A DNA stretch of 64,000 bases from Stegostoma tigrinum (taxonomy: Eukaryota), in NCBI RefSeq assembly GCF_030684315.1, contig NC_081362.1, positions 37,943,958-38,007,957 of the forward strand, read 5' to 3'. The notes under the pieces were generated by a model. That model was not told the origin of the DNA and did not search any database. It saw only the letters and a program-made list of their open reading frames with translations. The stretch's first letter is position 1; each line of letters starts with the position of its first letter. This document shows, in pieces, positions 1-13,200 of this stretch. A program made the translations under genes and the position numbers.

Positions 1-159
1 AATGTATGTGGGTCGGGAAAGGGAAAACAGACAATGAGACAGCGCCAGCGTACAGGGCGGAGTAAAGTGGGATGGGAAGCTGGGGGTAGGGGATGTTCGC
101 TCCAGAAGGAGCTGTGGGGGTGGGAGAGAGGAGGAAGAGCAGAGGGGACCGACACAATA

Positions 160-3100
160 CTCTAGCAGTGGCCTACAAACTTTTTATCTAGTTCCAGCAT
201 CACCTCCCTCCTCTTAAACTCTGCCTCAGCGAATAAAGACAATCCCTTCCATATGCTTTCCACTTTGTCAATGTATCCCACTGCTTTAAGGGACCAGTGG
301 ACATGTACATCAACGTTCTTCTGATCCTTGATGCTTCCCAGGATCATTCATTAATTATTCCCTTACCTTGGTTGTCCCGCTCAAGTGCATCAACTCACAC
401 TTATCCAGATTGTGTTCCATCTCCTAATGATCAGCCATTCAAAACAGCTGGTTTACATCCTCCAGTAAGCTAAGGTCATCCTCATTAATTACCTCCAATT
501 TGTGTATTATCTGGGAAGCTCCCTTCTCGCTACATTCAAGTCTAAACCATTTACATATATCACAACAACAAAAGGCCCCAGCACTGATCAGTGCGGAGCC
601 CTACTGGACACAGGCTTCCAGTCACAAAAACATCTCTTAACCATCACCCTCTGCTTAGAAACAAAACAAGGCAGGAGCAGGAGTACGCCATTCAACCCCT
701 CAAGCCTGGTCTGCCATTTCAATAAATCATGGTTAAGCTGAAATCTGCTCTCCCCTCAGATCTCTTGATCCTATTAGCCCGACGATTTACATCTAACTCC
801 TTTCTGAATACACTCAATATTTTGGCCTCAACCACCATTTTTTGAAAGGAAATCCCACAAGCTTACCACTCTTTATGGGTGAAGAAATATCTCATTCGAG
901 TCCTAAAAGATTTACCCCATATGCCCACTCAATCTCCACTCATACATCTGTCCTGTCATCCATGGAATCAATTTGGTACACCTTTGCTGGGCTCCCTTTA
1001 AGGATCCGTCCTTAGATACCAAAGCTACATTCAATTTTCCAGATGCAGCCTCACCAATGTCCTGTATAACTGAAGCAAGATGTCCTTATTTCTTTACTCG
1101 AATCCATTTTTCATGAAGGCCAACATGAAGTTTGCCTTCTTTCCTATCTGGTACACTTGCATGCTTACTTTCAGCAAATGGTGCAACAGCATATCCAGGC
1201 CTCATTAATCATTCCGCCCTCTCAAACTACAACTATTTAAATAACCAGATGCTTTCCTATTTTTGCTACCAAAGTGGATAACCTCCTATTTATTCATATT
1301 ATACTGCATGTGCCCAATCACTCAGCCAACTCTGGATCTATTAGCCAAATTTCCTTGGATCCCACGGACTCTTGACTTTGTTATCATCTCTCATGCAGGA
1401 CCTAACAGAAGCCCTGCTGAAGTCCAAGTCGAATACATCAATCGCACGGTCCTTATATACACACCTGGTTGCCTCTGAAAAATTCAGTCAAGTTGTTCAG
1501 ACATAACCTCTCATTAATCAAAAACATTCAGCATGGTTTTGTTAATGTCTACCTCTCCAAGTACAGATTTATCCTTTGCTCCCTTCTTGAAATAACAGTG
1601 CTACATTGGCTCTCCAGTGCCCAGAGAAATTGAAAATTGTTGCTAGCAACCCTTCTATTTTCTCCCTTGCCTCACTCAACGATATAGGATATGTTTCATC
1701 CGGCCTTGGAAAATGATCTACTTTTAAGCCTGCCAGACAACTCAGAACTTCCTGTGCCCACACCAATTTCTTTAAGCATGTCACATTCCTTCTGCCTGAT
1801 TTCTATGCCCACATTAGCATGCTCAATAGTGAACATCAACACCAAGTATTCATTTAGAAACCAACCTGTATCCTCTGGATCCACACGCAAATTAATGTCC
1901 TAATGAGTCATACTTTTTGCCCAGAGAAAGTAGGAACTGCAGATGCTGGAGAATCTGAGATAACAAGGTGTAGAGCTGGATGAACACAGCAGACCAAGCA
2001 GCATCAGAGGAACAGGAAAGCTGACGTTTCGGGCCTTTCTGAAGGGTCTAGACCCAAAACATTAGCTTTCCTACTCCTCTGAGCCTGCTTGGCCTGCTGT
2101 ACTCTTTGCCCAGTTACCTCATTATCCTTAATGTACTTAGAACATAAGTTAGGATTTTCCTTTTCTTTTATCTGCCATTATTTTTTCATGCTCTCCTTTA
2201 GCTTTCCTATTTTAAGTTTCTTCTTGAACATTCTGCATTTCTCTAGGGCTCCTGCTGTTTTAAGCTTTTCATAGCTGTCACAAGCCTCCTATTTTTTCTT
2301 TATCCCATCCTGTATGCACCTTGATATCCAGGTTTAGCTGGAGTTTTTGATCTCATCTTGCATTTTTCTTGGAATATTTGGCCTTGTGCACTCCATATTT
2401 CTTTCTTGAAAGTGTCCTCCTGCTCAGACACAGATGCAGCTGCTCCCAGTCCACTATGACCAAATCATATCTGATCTTATTAATATCGGCTTTCCCCCAA
2501 TTTAGAATGGAGATTTCAGGCTCATTCTTGTCCTTTTCCATAATAACCTTGAATCTCATCATCACCAGCAATCAATAGCAATCAATAACACACATGATTG
2601 TTCACCTAGGAAATACTGTGTCAATGATCAGGGGTAATTTGGATCCTTAGCTGTTGAACCTGAGAGTACAGTCACAACTCCAACCAGACATTTGGAAGGT
2701 ATTTCCAGGAGATGGAATTAGTCCTTGGCCTCAAGGTTGGTGGCATTCTGTTCTCCAGTTTCTTTTCTGAACTTCCTCTTGCTGATAGGTGTTCTGAAAG
2801 AATTGTGTCCCTTCATATAGAAGCTCCTCTAAATCTGTTTCTTCTGAATGAGTGCATCTAACAGTTACAACTGTTGTACACAAAATGGTCCCCTACTGAT
2901 ACTTAAAACTAAAATTAAATCCAGAACTTGGAGGGCCCTCTACATAATGGTTTTAATAAGTCCACTTGCCTCTCAACCTTTCACACCACGTCTACCCCAA
3001 TTAATGCTGAGGAAGTTGAAACTCACTATTATCACTACCCTATTACTTATACATTTCTCTAAAATTTGCCCAGGTATCTGGTCTTCCATTTCTCTCGGAT

Positions 3101-3600
3101 TATTAGGGGGCCTGCTGTACATTCCTAGCAAATCAAATGCACCTATTTGGACTTTATGTTTCACCCACATCGCTTTATCTGTGGAGCCTAAGGTATCATT
3201 CTTCCTTACTAATCTAACTGATGCCCTGATCAATACTGCAACACCCCCTCCTCTTTTACCTCCTTCCCTATCTTGCCTGAAGACTCCATTTCCTGGAATA
3301 TCCAGCTGCTAATTTTGTCCTTTCTCAACTCTACTTTAGTGAACTCAATGTCATTGCATCCTCATATTTTTAATTTGAGCCCTCAACTCATCTGCCTTGT
3401 TTGTCAGATTCCTTGCAATAAAATAAATACCATCCAATTTTACCAAACCCTCTTGTACCTTAAAATTGCCTAAAATTTCTATGCCTTCTTGACTCATTTG
3501 CTTCTAATCGTGGTCCTTCATTGCCCCTTGCTAAACATTCTCTCTGGATCCCAGCTCCTGCCAAGCTAGTTTAAACCCTCCCCAACAGCACTAACAAACC
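160..3600 (-). mobile_element. Cluster of decayed CR1/HER1-type LINE fragments (RT, 3' ends, AP endonuclease remnant)
   Basis: Minus-strand remnants resemble the CR1 copies elsewhere in the window. ORF 2973-3233 has endonuclease-like YSRPPN...VVII..FNF..INW. The cluster is interrupted by a PLE palindrome. Confidence 0.75.
1925..2099. mobile_element. Palindromic Penelope-derived insert (family A), degenerate hammerhead cores
   Basis: Arms match the 3' end of the PLE at 54905. TSD tact(t/c)tttgcccag at 1911-1924 and 2100-2113. Confidence 0.85.
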
Positions 3601-3603
3601 CCG

Positions 3604-3730
3604 CTAAATTGCTGTGTTTAGGCACGTGTAGATTAGGTGGGTTATCGGGGGATGGGTCTCAGTGGGATGCTGAGGGTCAGAGTGGACTTGTTGGGCCAAA
3701 GGGCCTGTTTCCACACTGTAGGAATTCAAT
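3604..3730 (+). mobile_element. HE1 SINE 3' fragment
   Basis: gctaaattg...gtagattaggtggg...gggcctgtttccacactgtagg matches the full copy at 53661. Confidence 0.8.
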
Positions 3731-4009
3731 AATTCTGGTTCTGGTGCACTTTGTTTACTTTCACAAATGCTGACTCCAAAAATAGTATGAATGCCACTGA
3801 AAGCTAAGGCTCATGATTTTGAACCATCACTCCATTCACAGTTTCATCTGGACTAATCACCTATTTCTATATTCACTAGACCATGGCACCAGAAGTGATC
3901 TGGCAATTACTAATTTTGGGTCGCATTTCTACTTTGTAGCTCCCTATGTTCCGCTTGCAAGACCCAATCCCAAGGAAGACCAAGAAATAGATAGAAGAAA
4001 GAAATAAAT

Positions 4010-5060
4010 CAAGTTGGGAAAAAAGGAAAGCAGTAGATCAAATGCCACCTCGAACTCAGGTCCACCATTCAATACTATAGGAATGCATGAACAGGTAGGC
4101 TATTTGCCATTCAAACCTGCTCACCCATTCAATAAGATCCTAGCTGATCCTCAAATCCACACTCCTGCCTGCTCCAACAACTTCTCACCCCTTTGCCTCC
4201 TATGAATCGATCCAACTGCTTAAAGATGGTCAAGAAATCTGCTTCCACATGTTTTCAGGAAAAGTTCCAAAGACTTTCTATCAGATAAACAATTTCACTT
4301 TAAATATGTGACTCCTTATTTAAAAATAGCGACACCCAGGTCTTGAATCTTCTATAAAAAGCAACATCCTGTCTGCATCCAGTTTGTCACGACTCACCAA
4401 GATCTTGCACATTTCACTCAAGGCTCCTCTTCCCATTCTCTCCAAGTCTAGTCTATCCAACCTTTTCTCGTAAGACAACCCACCCAATCCATGGTAGTCT
4501 GGTAAACCAGCTCTGAACTGCTTCCAATACATTTACATTCTGCCTTAAATAAGGTCACCAATACAATGCATAGCATTCCAGCTGTGATAAAGAAAGCAAA
4601 ATTCTACACTTTTGTATTAAATTTCCCTTGCCTCCTTAGGTCTCCTTCACAATTTACTTCCTACTTATCTTGATATCATCAGCAAATTTGGCAATCAAAC
4701 TGTCTCTTCATCCAGGGCATGAATTGTAACCAGTTGCAATTCCAGCACTGACTCCTGCAGCACATCATAGGCTACATTTTACATCTTGCCAATTTGATTA
4801 AGGTCCATTTATGCTTATTCTGTTTCCCATTAGGCAGTCAATTTTTTATCCATCCATTGAATTATTCCATACACCATAAGCTTCTATTTTCCATAATAGC
4901 CACTGATGCAGCACTTTATCAAACGTACTCTATGTCTTCATTTGTAAAGTCGAAGGTCCACAAGCCTCATTAACTATGTCAACTTGCAGTGACTTCCAAT
5001 AATTTATGCACATATACCCGCCTTCCTCATTGCTCCCACACTCCCTTTAGAATTGTATCC
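4010..5060 (-). mobile_element. Decayed CR1-type LINE 3' region
   Basis: ORF 4320-4532 contains GLSYEKRLDRLDL, a CR1 ORF2 C-terminal motif. Confidence 0.7.
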
Positions 5061-5999
5061 TTTGACTTATATTGCCTTGCCTCCAGAATTTTTTGCATCA
5101 AATTTTATCAGCCGCATATTAGTGTATCTCCTGCAAACTTTAAAACAAATATCTTGCTCATTCCCCAATCTAACGTAGCAACCCTCTTTCCCCGAATGTA
5201 TTTCTGCTACAATCTAATTGTTTCCTTGATTCTTCCTCAAAACTTATCTTGGATTTTGTTTACTAGTCTGTGTTCATTTCTTGTTCTTCTTCATAATTCT
5301 GAAATCAATGGGATTATTTGCATTCGTGAAAGCCCTTTCTTTGAGTTTTATACTATGCATGCCACCATCCAATGGGTATGCTTAAAAGAACTCAACGAAG
5401 TTACCACATTATTACCAGCCACTCAAATCTCTCCTGTTTGGTACCTCGACCCATCACTTCTTATTGTCCTTTGTAAAACTGATCAGCATCGGTCATCTGA
5501 CTTCACCATGGCCGAGTTTCATTCTTTTTTCTTACTTGCTGACTTATTACATTTCCTATCACACTGGTATGATGTGTTGCTGATTTAGGGATAGGTTTAG
5601 TATAGTGATGGTCAAACGGATTCACAATATTTTTTATTTACCATGCATTTTGTTGCTTCACAGATTGCCTGTGATTATATAACAATCAAGTAAACAAGAC
5701 TAAACGTTCCAATGTTTTAATTAGGATCTTATATTGATTAAAACAAAAGAAAAACATTCTGATATCATATCGTGTAAAGGCTTGTATCATCAATTTTAGG
5801 TTTTTGTTCTAAAGCAACACAGATACAAAGTACGCTGAAACATGCTCAATAGTTACATTACAGATAAGAATGCACAAAATACACTGGACAGAACTGTTCG
5901 TTCCAACAAGAACTTAAATACACAAACACAAGCAAGTGTAGTATGCTGGCCCACATTTACACTTAGTTGCTCCCACATGCATGTTTAAGTTTATAACTT

Positions 6000-6270
6000 A
6001 ATGTATAAGTCAGGGGGTGCAATTCGAGACAGAGATGAGCAGGACTTTCTTCTCTCAGAGGCTTGAAAGTTTTTGGAGCTCCAGAGTGCTCTAGGGGAAG
6101 AGTCTTTGTGTGTATTTAAAGGATGCAATAGGTAAATTCTTGATCAGTAAGACAATCGAGGGTTCTGCGAAAAATGCAGGGTGTGAGGTATTTTGGAATT
6201 ACTAAATGACACAGCAGGCGCAAGGGGCCAATTAGACCCACTTCTGTTCCTCCTTTTTATGGTCTTGAAC
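6000..6270 (+). mobile_element. CR1-type LINE 3' end fragment
   Basis: acagagatgagcaggactttcttctctcagag...ttcttgatcag is similar to 61300-61550. Confidence 0.65.
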
Positions 6271-6627
6271 ACAAACATGTACTGCTACACCTACAGAGAA
6301 AATGACTTAATGGGCAGATTGTTTTAAGTACAAGCCAATAATGGTGCGGCTATGTCCTTGCTATATGCCATAGGCAGAGGGTCTTATTGAGAGATTTTGA
6401 CTTTTTGTCAAACTAGCACGTGAGAAAGGCAAGAAATTTAAAAATTATGTCTAGAACAAGTGTCTGCAACAATATGCCTCAGAAATAAAATGGGACAGAT
6501 AATTAAGGAGGCATGACAATGTAAAACTAAAATAAACGCACAGGAAAATGCAAGAATCCAGAAGCACAGATTACGCAATGGGAAGAGATACCAACAGCAA
6601 AGGATGACAAAGATGACAGTAAGAGTT

Positions 6628-7150
6628 TCAATAAGGGATAAAATAAATATTTAGTGAAAAGATCAGGTCAGAGGCTGAGAGCTCTGTGGCGAGTAACACC
6701 TCCCGAGTTCCCAAGTCTCTTCCACCAGTTAACAAGTATAAATCAGAAGCATAATGGAATATTCTCCACTTCTCAGGATGAATGCAGTTCCAGAAATATT
6801 CAAGAAGCCCCACATCATCTGGAACAAAACAGCCCACTTGAATGGCTCCCCACCCACCACCTCAACAATTACTCCCCTCACCGCCACACACAGAAGTAGT
6901 GTGCACCATCTACAAGATGCACTCTAACAGCTAAATGTTCTTTGACTACACCTTCGAAACTCCTAACCTCCTGCACCTAAATAGGCAAAGACAATGGATA
7001 CATGTGAACGTCACCACCTGCAGGTTTCCCTCAAAGCCATACACAATGTGAACTTCAACTACAGTTGTCAATCCTGCACCAGCGCAGAATCAAAATACTT
7101 GAACCCCTAACACAACTGTGGGTGAACCTGCACTACATGATTGGAGCAAC
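6628..7150 (+). mobile_element. L2/CR1-superfamily LINE 3' fragment
   Basis: gtgtgcaccatctacaagatgcac motif and flanks recur at 7700-8400 (minus), 11700-11930 and 46600-46960. Confidence 0.55.
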
Positions 7151-7320
7151 TCAAGAAAAATAAAACTGTTGATATAGTTTAACTGAAGGGCAACACTGCA
7201 AAAACTGGTTTTAACGGCGGGCACATTAACGGTGAGAAACAATGGAGACTGAAAAGGACCAGGAACTGGTTGAAACAATAAAAGGCTAATGGAATGCTAA
7301 TCCTCACAAACCACACCGAA

Positions 7321-7358
7321 ACGACTATCAGCAATTCTGACGACTATCAGCAATTCTG
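7321..7358. repeat. Perfect tandem duplication, 19 bp x2 (acgactatcagcaattctg)
   Basis: Read directly from the sequence. Confidence 0.95.
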
Positions 7359-7689
7359 GACAACACATGTAGGAAGGATACAGTGATTATGGTAAGAGTA
7401 CTGTGCAAATTAAATCGGAATAACACCTGAACATGAAGGTTTAATTAAAAGGAGAGACTACACAAACCAGGTATAGACTCTTTGGAATTTTAAAACTTTT
7501 GTTAGCAGGTGATATCAACAGATATGAGGCAAGGCAAAAGTCCACCCTACTTTGCAGCCAAAACATGCTATCCTTATATTAGTAGTTAGTCTCAATTTTC
7601 TTAAGCATATGTATATGCATGTTTTACTTACTAGTATACTAAAACTAAGCGCAAATGATCAAGCAGGTAATACAGGCTACTGTTTACAT

Positions 7690-9260
7690 TTTTTCACATG
7701 GATGTGGAGCTCTGTCAATATCTGCTGCCTTGAGAAAGTAATGGTAGGCTGCTGACTTGAAATTTTGCAATCCATGTGGTATAGGTACATCAACAGTGCT
7801 TTTAACAAAGGGAGTTCCAGGATTTAGATTAACAACAACAATATTGTTCCAAATCACGATGGTGTTTGGCTCTCACGGGGTTTTGCAGATGGTGGCACTC
7901 CAACACATTTGCTGCCCTTGTCCACCTCAGTGGTACAAGTCAGCAGCTGCTGTTGAAGGAATGTTGGTGAGCTACTACAGAATCCTACAGAGGGCACAAA
8001 CTGCTACGGCTGAGCACTGGTAGTATAGTAAGTGAATGCTGAATATAGTAGATGGGTTGGCGATTAAGTAGCTGTTTTGTCTTGTACGGTCAAGTTTCTC
8101 ACATGGTGTTGAAGCTGTACTCATCCAGATAGTTCTGTACCTATGGAGTGCTTTAGCATTGTCTTTCTCATGTCTTGCAGATGGCAAACAGGCATCAGGG
8201 ATCAGGGATTCAGGAGATGAGCTATACACCCAAATTCCATGCCGACCTGCTCTTGTAGTCACACTTTTTATACGGCTGGTCCAGTTCAGTTTCTTGTCAA
8301 AATTAATAACTAGGAGATTGACAGTAGAGGATTCAATGATGGTAATGGTAATGAATGTAAACAGGTGGTGGTTGAATTCTCTGTTGTAAGAAATGGTCAA
8401 TATTTGCTACTTAAGTGGCAAGTACCTATCCATAAGTACCTATCCCTGGCTTTGTCGGGTTTTTGCAGTACATGGCTATGGCTGCTTCAGCATGAGTCTT
8501 TGTGAAGGGTGCTAAACATTGTGCATCATCAGCAAAGATCCACATTTCTGATCTTTCGAGGATGGGAATGTCAGTGATGACAGCAGCTGAAGTTGGTTAA
8601 GTCTAGGTCATTACATATATACAATACTGCAGTGATACCCTGGGATTGAGATAACTGACCTTCAACAACGTATGTGCAACATATGACACAAGTGAAGAGT
8701 CAATTCCTCCATACTCATTCATACCATCCTCCCAATTCCTAATGGTGAAAATTTCACTAGGGCTTCTTGATGCTATTATTTGGTCAAATGCAACCTAAAG
8801 CAGTCACCCTCATGTCACCTATGGAGTTCAGTTCTTTTATACAAGTTTAGACCAAGTTGTATTAAGGTTAGGAGCTGAATGCTCCTAAGGGAACCCAAAA
8901 TGAATGTCAGGGAGCAGGTTATTTCTGAGTAGATGTTGCTTGGAAACACTACTGATAATCCCTTCCATTAATTTGTTGACAATCGAGAGTAGACTGATGA
9001 GCCGATAACTGCCTTGGCTGGATTTTTAGTAGACATGACATATCTGGGCAACTTTCTACACTGTTGGGCAGATATCAGTGTTGTAACTGAATCAGAACAG
9101 CGTGACCAGGAAAGAAGTCACTATTGTCAGAACACTGTCAGGGACATTAGCCTTAACAGCCCTCAGTATCTCCTGATGTTTCATGACATCACACAGGACT
9201 GAACTGGCTGAAGACTGGTAGCTGAGACACTGGGGACTTCAGAATGAGTTGAAGATGTTG
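7690..9260 (-). mobile_element. Decayed L2/CR1-superfamily LINE (RT and 3' region)
   Basis: ORF 7975-8400 reads LLVINFDKKLNWTSRI..VTTRAGR, a LINE RT thumb region. catcatcagcaaagat reads IFADD on the minus strand. Confidence 0.7.
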
Positions 9261-10019
9261 CAAAGATCCCTCAGCATTTAAGATGTGCCTACTGCTGCAA
9301 CTGGAAGACACTGACATTGATTCTTTTAAAAAAAAAACCCTGTAACCTGTGCCAGCACTTCACTCATACTTGGCATAGAATTTACCAGTTTTTTCAAGGT
9401 CTCAGAAGTCAACTTATACATAGTAACATCTAGAGTATCAATGGCTGGGAAATTTCCATGCTTTGTCATACTAAGGCAGCTGTGAAGATCTGGGTAGAAT
9501 CTTAAATGTATGCCAAGCAGACACGTTTTATATCACTCTTAAAAATATGTATTAAAACTACACTAAAAAGATTAATCTTACCGAGGTAAACAGCTTGAAC
9601 ATATAGCCACTACAAAGTCTAATATAACTGGAATAAGTTTTATTCCAATACAATACAATAATTAGTTTTAGGTAAAAAAATTCAAATAACGTTCAGGACT
9701 TAGTAATGACCAGATTTTCATAACAACATAATTTCTGTATATTTTTATAAAAGATCACAGCTCCTGTGGTGTATTCCTACCTCTTATAAAAGGTGACACA
9801 CGTGTGCAATGTGTAAAATTAATATTGTATCCTTTCCAATCAAATACATCAAGTAGACTACATTTTGGAAGTGGAGCATATCTCAATGGGAAAGAAAAAC
9901 ATTTGATTGCTACTCTTCACTATCTATATCTTGAAACTTACACTCTATAACAAATTATCATCAATAGCAATGACAAAACTAACAGTAATTATGTTGATTC
10001 AATGCAAATCCAGACGAAA

Positions 10020-10210
10020 AAGGGCAAATCTCACCATAACAGGTACAGAATTTGTTAGTTTAATCAATAAAATCCAGAATAAAAATCTACCGTCAGTATT
10101 GGTGGCTCAGACATTGCAAGATGTCGTAGAAACTTATCTGCTTTACACACGTCCTTTATGGAAGGAACTCAACTGATCCGGTCTGCATGCAGTCACGTAC
10201 CTACAGTCCA
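10020..10210 (+). mobile_element. DeuSINE/SacSINE-like SINE remnant
   Basis: caaatctcaccat...aatccagaat...gtcctttatggaaggaa core. Related copies at 22260-22560 (minus) and 28010-28175. Confidence 0.5.
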
Positions 10211-10226
10211 TGAATGTTTCCATTTA

Positions 10227-10534
10227 TAGAATCATAGAATTCCTACAGTGTGGAAACAGGCCATTTGGCCCATTAAGTCCACACAAACCTGAAGAACATC
10301 CCACCCAGACCCGTGTAACCTGCATTTCCCATAGCTAATCCACCTAACTTGCACCTCCCTGGACACTATGGGCTATTTATCACAGCCACCTAACATGCAC
10401 ACCTTTGGAATGGAGCACCCACACAGACACAGGGAGAATGTGAAAACTCCACACAGTCACCCAAGACCGGAACTGAACCTGGGTAGCTGGCATTGCAAAG
10501 CAGCAGTGTTAACCACTGAGCCACCATGTCACCC
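10227..10534 (-). mobile_element. HE1 SINE, near full length
   Basis: tRNA-like A box (TGGCTCAGTGG) and B box (GGTTCAGTTCC) on the minus strand; HER1-like tail. Confidence 0.9.
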
Positions 10535-10699
10535 TCTGACAGAGCAGAACACAAGTGCAAAGTACAAGGCTGCACAGTCCGCAACTACCTTCAGAAAATG
10601 ACTTTTCCTCTACTTTCTCCAGAGTTTCGAAATATCAGAGTTAAGTCTTTAGCTAATTCAATCCACCACAATTACCACAAAATAGCTGAACACACTGAA

Positions 10700-11950
10700 C
10701 AAAAAAAAGGTCATGAGCCCTGACAACTTCCCTTTGTAGTACCAAAGACTTGCACTTCAGAACAAGTTGCAACTGCAACTAAGCTGTTCCAATATGGACA
10801 CTACATAACAATGTGGAAAATTGCCTGGGATGTGCTAACCAGAAAAAGACAAATCAGCTCTAATTTGTTACAGTCCAAACAGCTGACCCTCAATTTTCAG
10901 CAAAAGTAATGAAACATGTGGTCAACAGTTTTAGAAAGCAGCATTTGCTATCTTTGGAGGGTTCCACTGGATCATAAAGCTTCAGTCCTCATTACAGCCC
11001 CAACAAAAATATAAATAAAAGTATCAAATTCCAGGGTTTAGGCGAGAGTGATTGCCCTTGATACAATGATTGCATTTGACTGAATATGGTATGAAGGAAC
11101 CCTAATAAAACCGAGTCACAAATCAAATTACACCAGATTATTGTCCAAATTTTCGGAGTCTCACTCCATCATTCGAAAGCTTGCGTCTTCAAATAAACTT
11201 GTTGGGCTATAACCTGTGTCGTGTGATTTTTGACCTTGTCTACCCCAGTCCAACACTGGCAGCTCAACATAATAGTTAAGTAAACAGGAATCAAGGAAAA
11301 CTCTTCACTGGTGAAAGCGATACATACTTAAGACAAAAGATGATGGTCGTCAATGTTGGAGGCCAATCACCTGAGCGACAGGTAATCACAGCAGGGGCTT
11401 TTCACAGCAATGTTCAAGGCCGAACCATCTTTAACCGTTCCATTAATGATCCTCCTCCAACACAATATCAGAAATGAGATGTGTTCTTATGTGTTTGCTA
11501 ACAATTCCACATTGTTCAGAAATATTTGTAACCAAAGCAATTGTGTCTGGCATGTAGAAGTAACACACATAACCCAATAATACCTGAAAATGACCATTTC
11601 CAAAATCTCTGCACAACATTTAAAGCCATTACCATCATGGAATTTCCAAGCATCATTTACCAGAACATTTCAGACCAGCCAATACAAATACAGCAGCTGC
11701 AATAGTAGGTCAAAGGCTGGTACTCTGAACTAACTGACTGATCTCCAGACTTCCCAGAGCCTTTCAACCATCTGCAAGGCACCAGGGAGAAGTACGATGG
11801 AAACCATCCACTTGCCTGGGTAAGTGCAATTCCAAAAACATATAGGGGGTTTAACACCATTTCGGACAGAAACAGCCAATGGACCCACATCCACCATGAC
11901 ACAAACTGTGGCAGTACATAGCAGTGATTCAACACCCCAATGATTGCTAA
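10700..11950 (+). mobile_element. Decayed L2/CR1-superfamily LINE, interrupted by a PLE remnant
   Basis: Reverse-complement similarity to 7690-9260. Confidence 0.55.
11113..11270. mobile_element. Degenerate palindromic PLE-end remnant (family D)
   Basis: acaccagattattgtccaa and ttgggctataacctgtgt form inverted arms around tttcggag...ctccatcat/cgaaagct; the longer tail is on the right. Confidence 0.55.
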
Positions 11951-11995
11951 TCAATACACGCATCCCATGACTGTACAAAAGAGAACACTATGTAG

Positions 11996-12069
11996 TATCT
12001 TTCAAGTAGTAAATCATTCTAATGAACTTTATTATCTTTCAAGTAGTAAATCATTCTAATGAACTTTAT
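11996..12069. repeat. Perfect tandem duplication, 37 bp x2
   Basis: tatctttcaagtagtaaatcattctaatgaactttat occurs twice head to tail. Confidence 0.95.
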
Positions 12070-12559
12070 TAAACACAATTTGATGTTGAGCTAGTTAAGG
12101 AGACTTTAGTGCAGATGACGGTAAGCCTGGTTAAAGCTGTCAGTTTTAAGAAACACCTTAAAAGGAGGCAAGAAAAACAGAGATTTTAAAAATTAATTCT
12201 AACTTCCAGGTGCATTTTCCATGGCAATGCCTTCCCCAAAGCTGATCTGCCAACCAGTCAGCACTCTTTTCTCATACAGTACAAGGCGTTGTTCCCTTTG
12301 AATTCTGGCATTCTTGCAACTTGCTGATGACTGCCAGGTCAAAAAGCTTAAACAGCATGTCTTTTTTTTAAAGAAACAGAATTTGTGAAATGATTAATTG
12401 AATGAATCAGCTACATTCGATCTCTTGCATTCTGCACAATGGGGTAAAAATCAGAGAACTTGGAAAATTTTGTACATCAGGTGTAGAGGTGCCAGCTGTG
12501 CAAAATCATCCCAATATTCCCCAACTGCATACATAAACAAAAACAAAGGTGTCACTAAG

Positions 12560-12910
12560 CAGCTGAGAGCATTCTGAAAGGACAGGGTATGAGGCAAAGG
12601 TTATGGTACACACTGGTACTAACTGATACCAATGTATAGGCAGAATGAGAAAAGAGGTCTTTCTTGAAGAGTTCAGGGAGCTAGTCAGCAGCTTAAGATG
12701 CAGGATCTCGAAGGCTGTAATCTCAGATTACTCTTGATGCCACAGCTGGCAAGCACAGAAATAGGAGAAAAGATCGGATGAATGCATGGCTCAAGAGTTG
12801 ATGTAGAAGGGTGAGTTTAGATTCCTGGGTCATTGCAAAAGGTGGGAACTCCGCAAGTGTCTTCAAGTCTACACTTGAACTAGAATGGGACTAACATCCT
12901 GGCCAGAGGG
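12560..12910 (+). mobile_element. CR1 ORF1 (SGNH esterase-like) remnant
   Basis: gtacacactggtactaac reads VHTGTN, resembling the VHIGTND motif, followed by NAWLKS*CRR..FRFLGH-like sequence. Confidence 0.6.
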
Positions 12911-12911
12911 C

Positions 12912-13200
12912 TCTGGACTCAAAATGTTAACTCTGCTTTCTCTCCACAGATACTGCCAGATCTGAAACAAAGTTTCTGGAAAAGTTCAGCAGGTCTGGCA
13001 GCACTTGTTGAGGAGAAAACAAAGTTAACGTTTCGGGTCTGGTTACCGTTCCTCAGAACAAGTTGCTGCCAGACCTGCTGAGCTTTTCCAGCAACTTTGT
13101 TTTTGTTCCTGATTTACAGCATCTGCAGTTCTTTTGATTTTTACTGCCAGATCTGAGTTTCTCTAGAAATTTCTGTTTTAGTTTCAGATCTCCAACAACT
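12912..13200. mobile_element. Palindromic PLE-end insert (family B) nested in a related older element
   Basis: Inverted arms aaagttcagcaggtctggcagca / tgctgccagacctgctgagcttt, with a hammerhead-like core at 13024-13059. Confidence 0.75.
13024..13059 (-). ncRNA. Minimal type I hammerhead ribozyme motif (family B)
   Basis: GUU-CUGAGGA-ACGGUAACCAGACCC-GAAA-CG-UU^AAC. Stem I is GUU/AAC; stem II is weakened by a mismatch. Confidence 0.55.

Noticed and set aside
445-460. Minus-strand TGTAAACCA (CKP), resembling the start of the next SCAF8 exon
   Set aside because: No AG acceptor, no EYKVPGLY continuation, and it lies within a CR1 remnant. I did not find that exon or the first coding exon in the window.
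4989-5588. 199-aa plus-strand ORF
   Set aside because: Non-ATG start, no recognisable domain, overlaps a CR1 remnant and is antisense within an intron; likely a chance ORF.
9582-9627. Possible 46-nt stop-containing cassette exon (ttccag|...CG|gtaaga, minus)
   Set aside because: Poor polypyrimidine tract; such AG/GT pairs are expected by chance in 64 kb.
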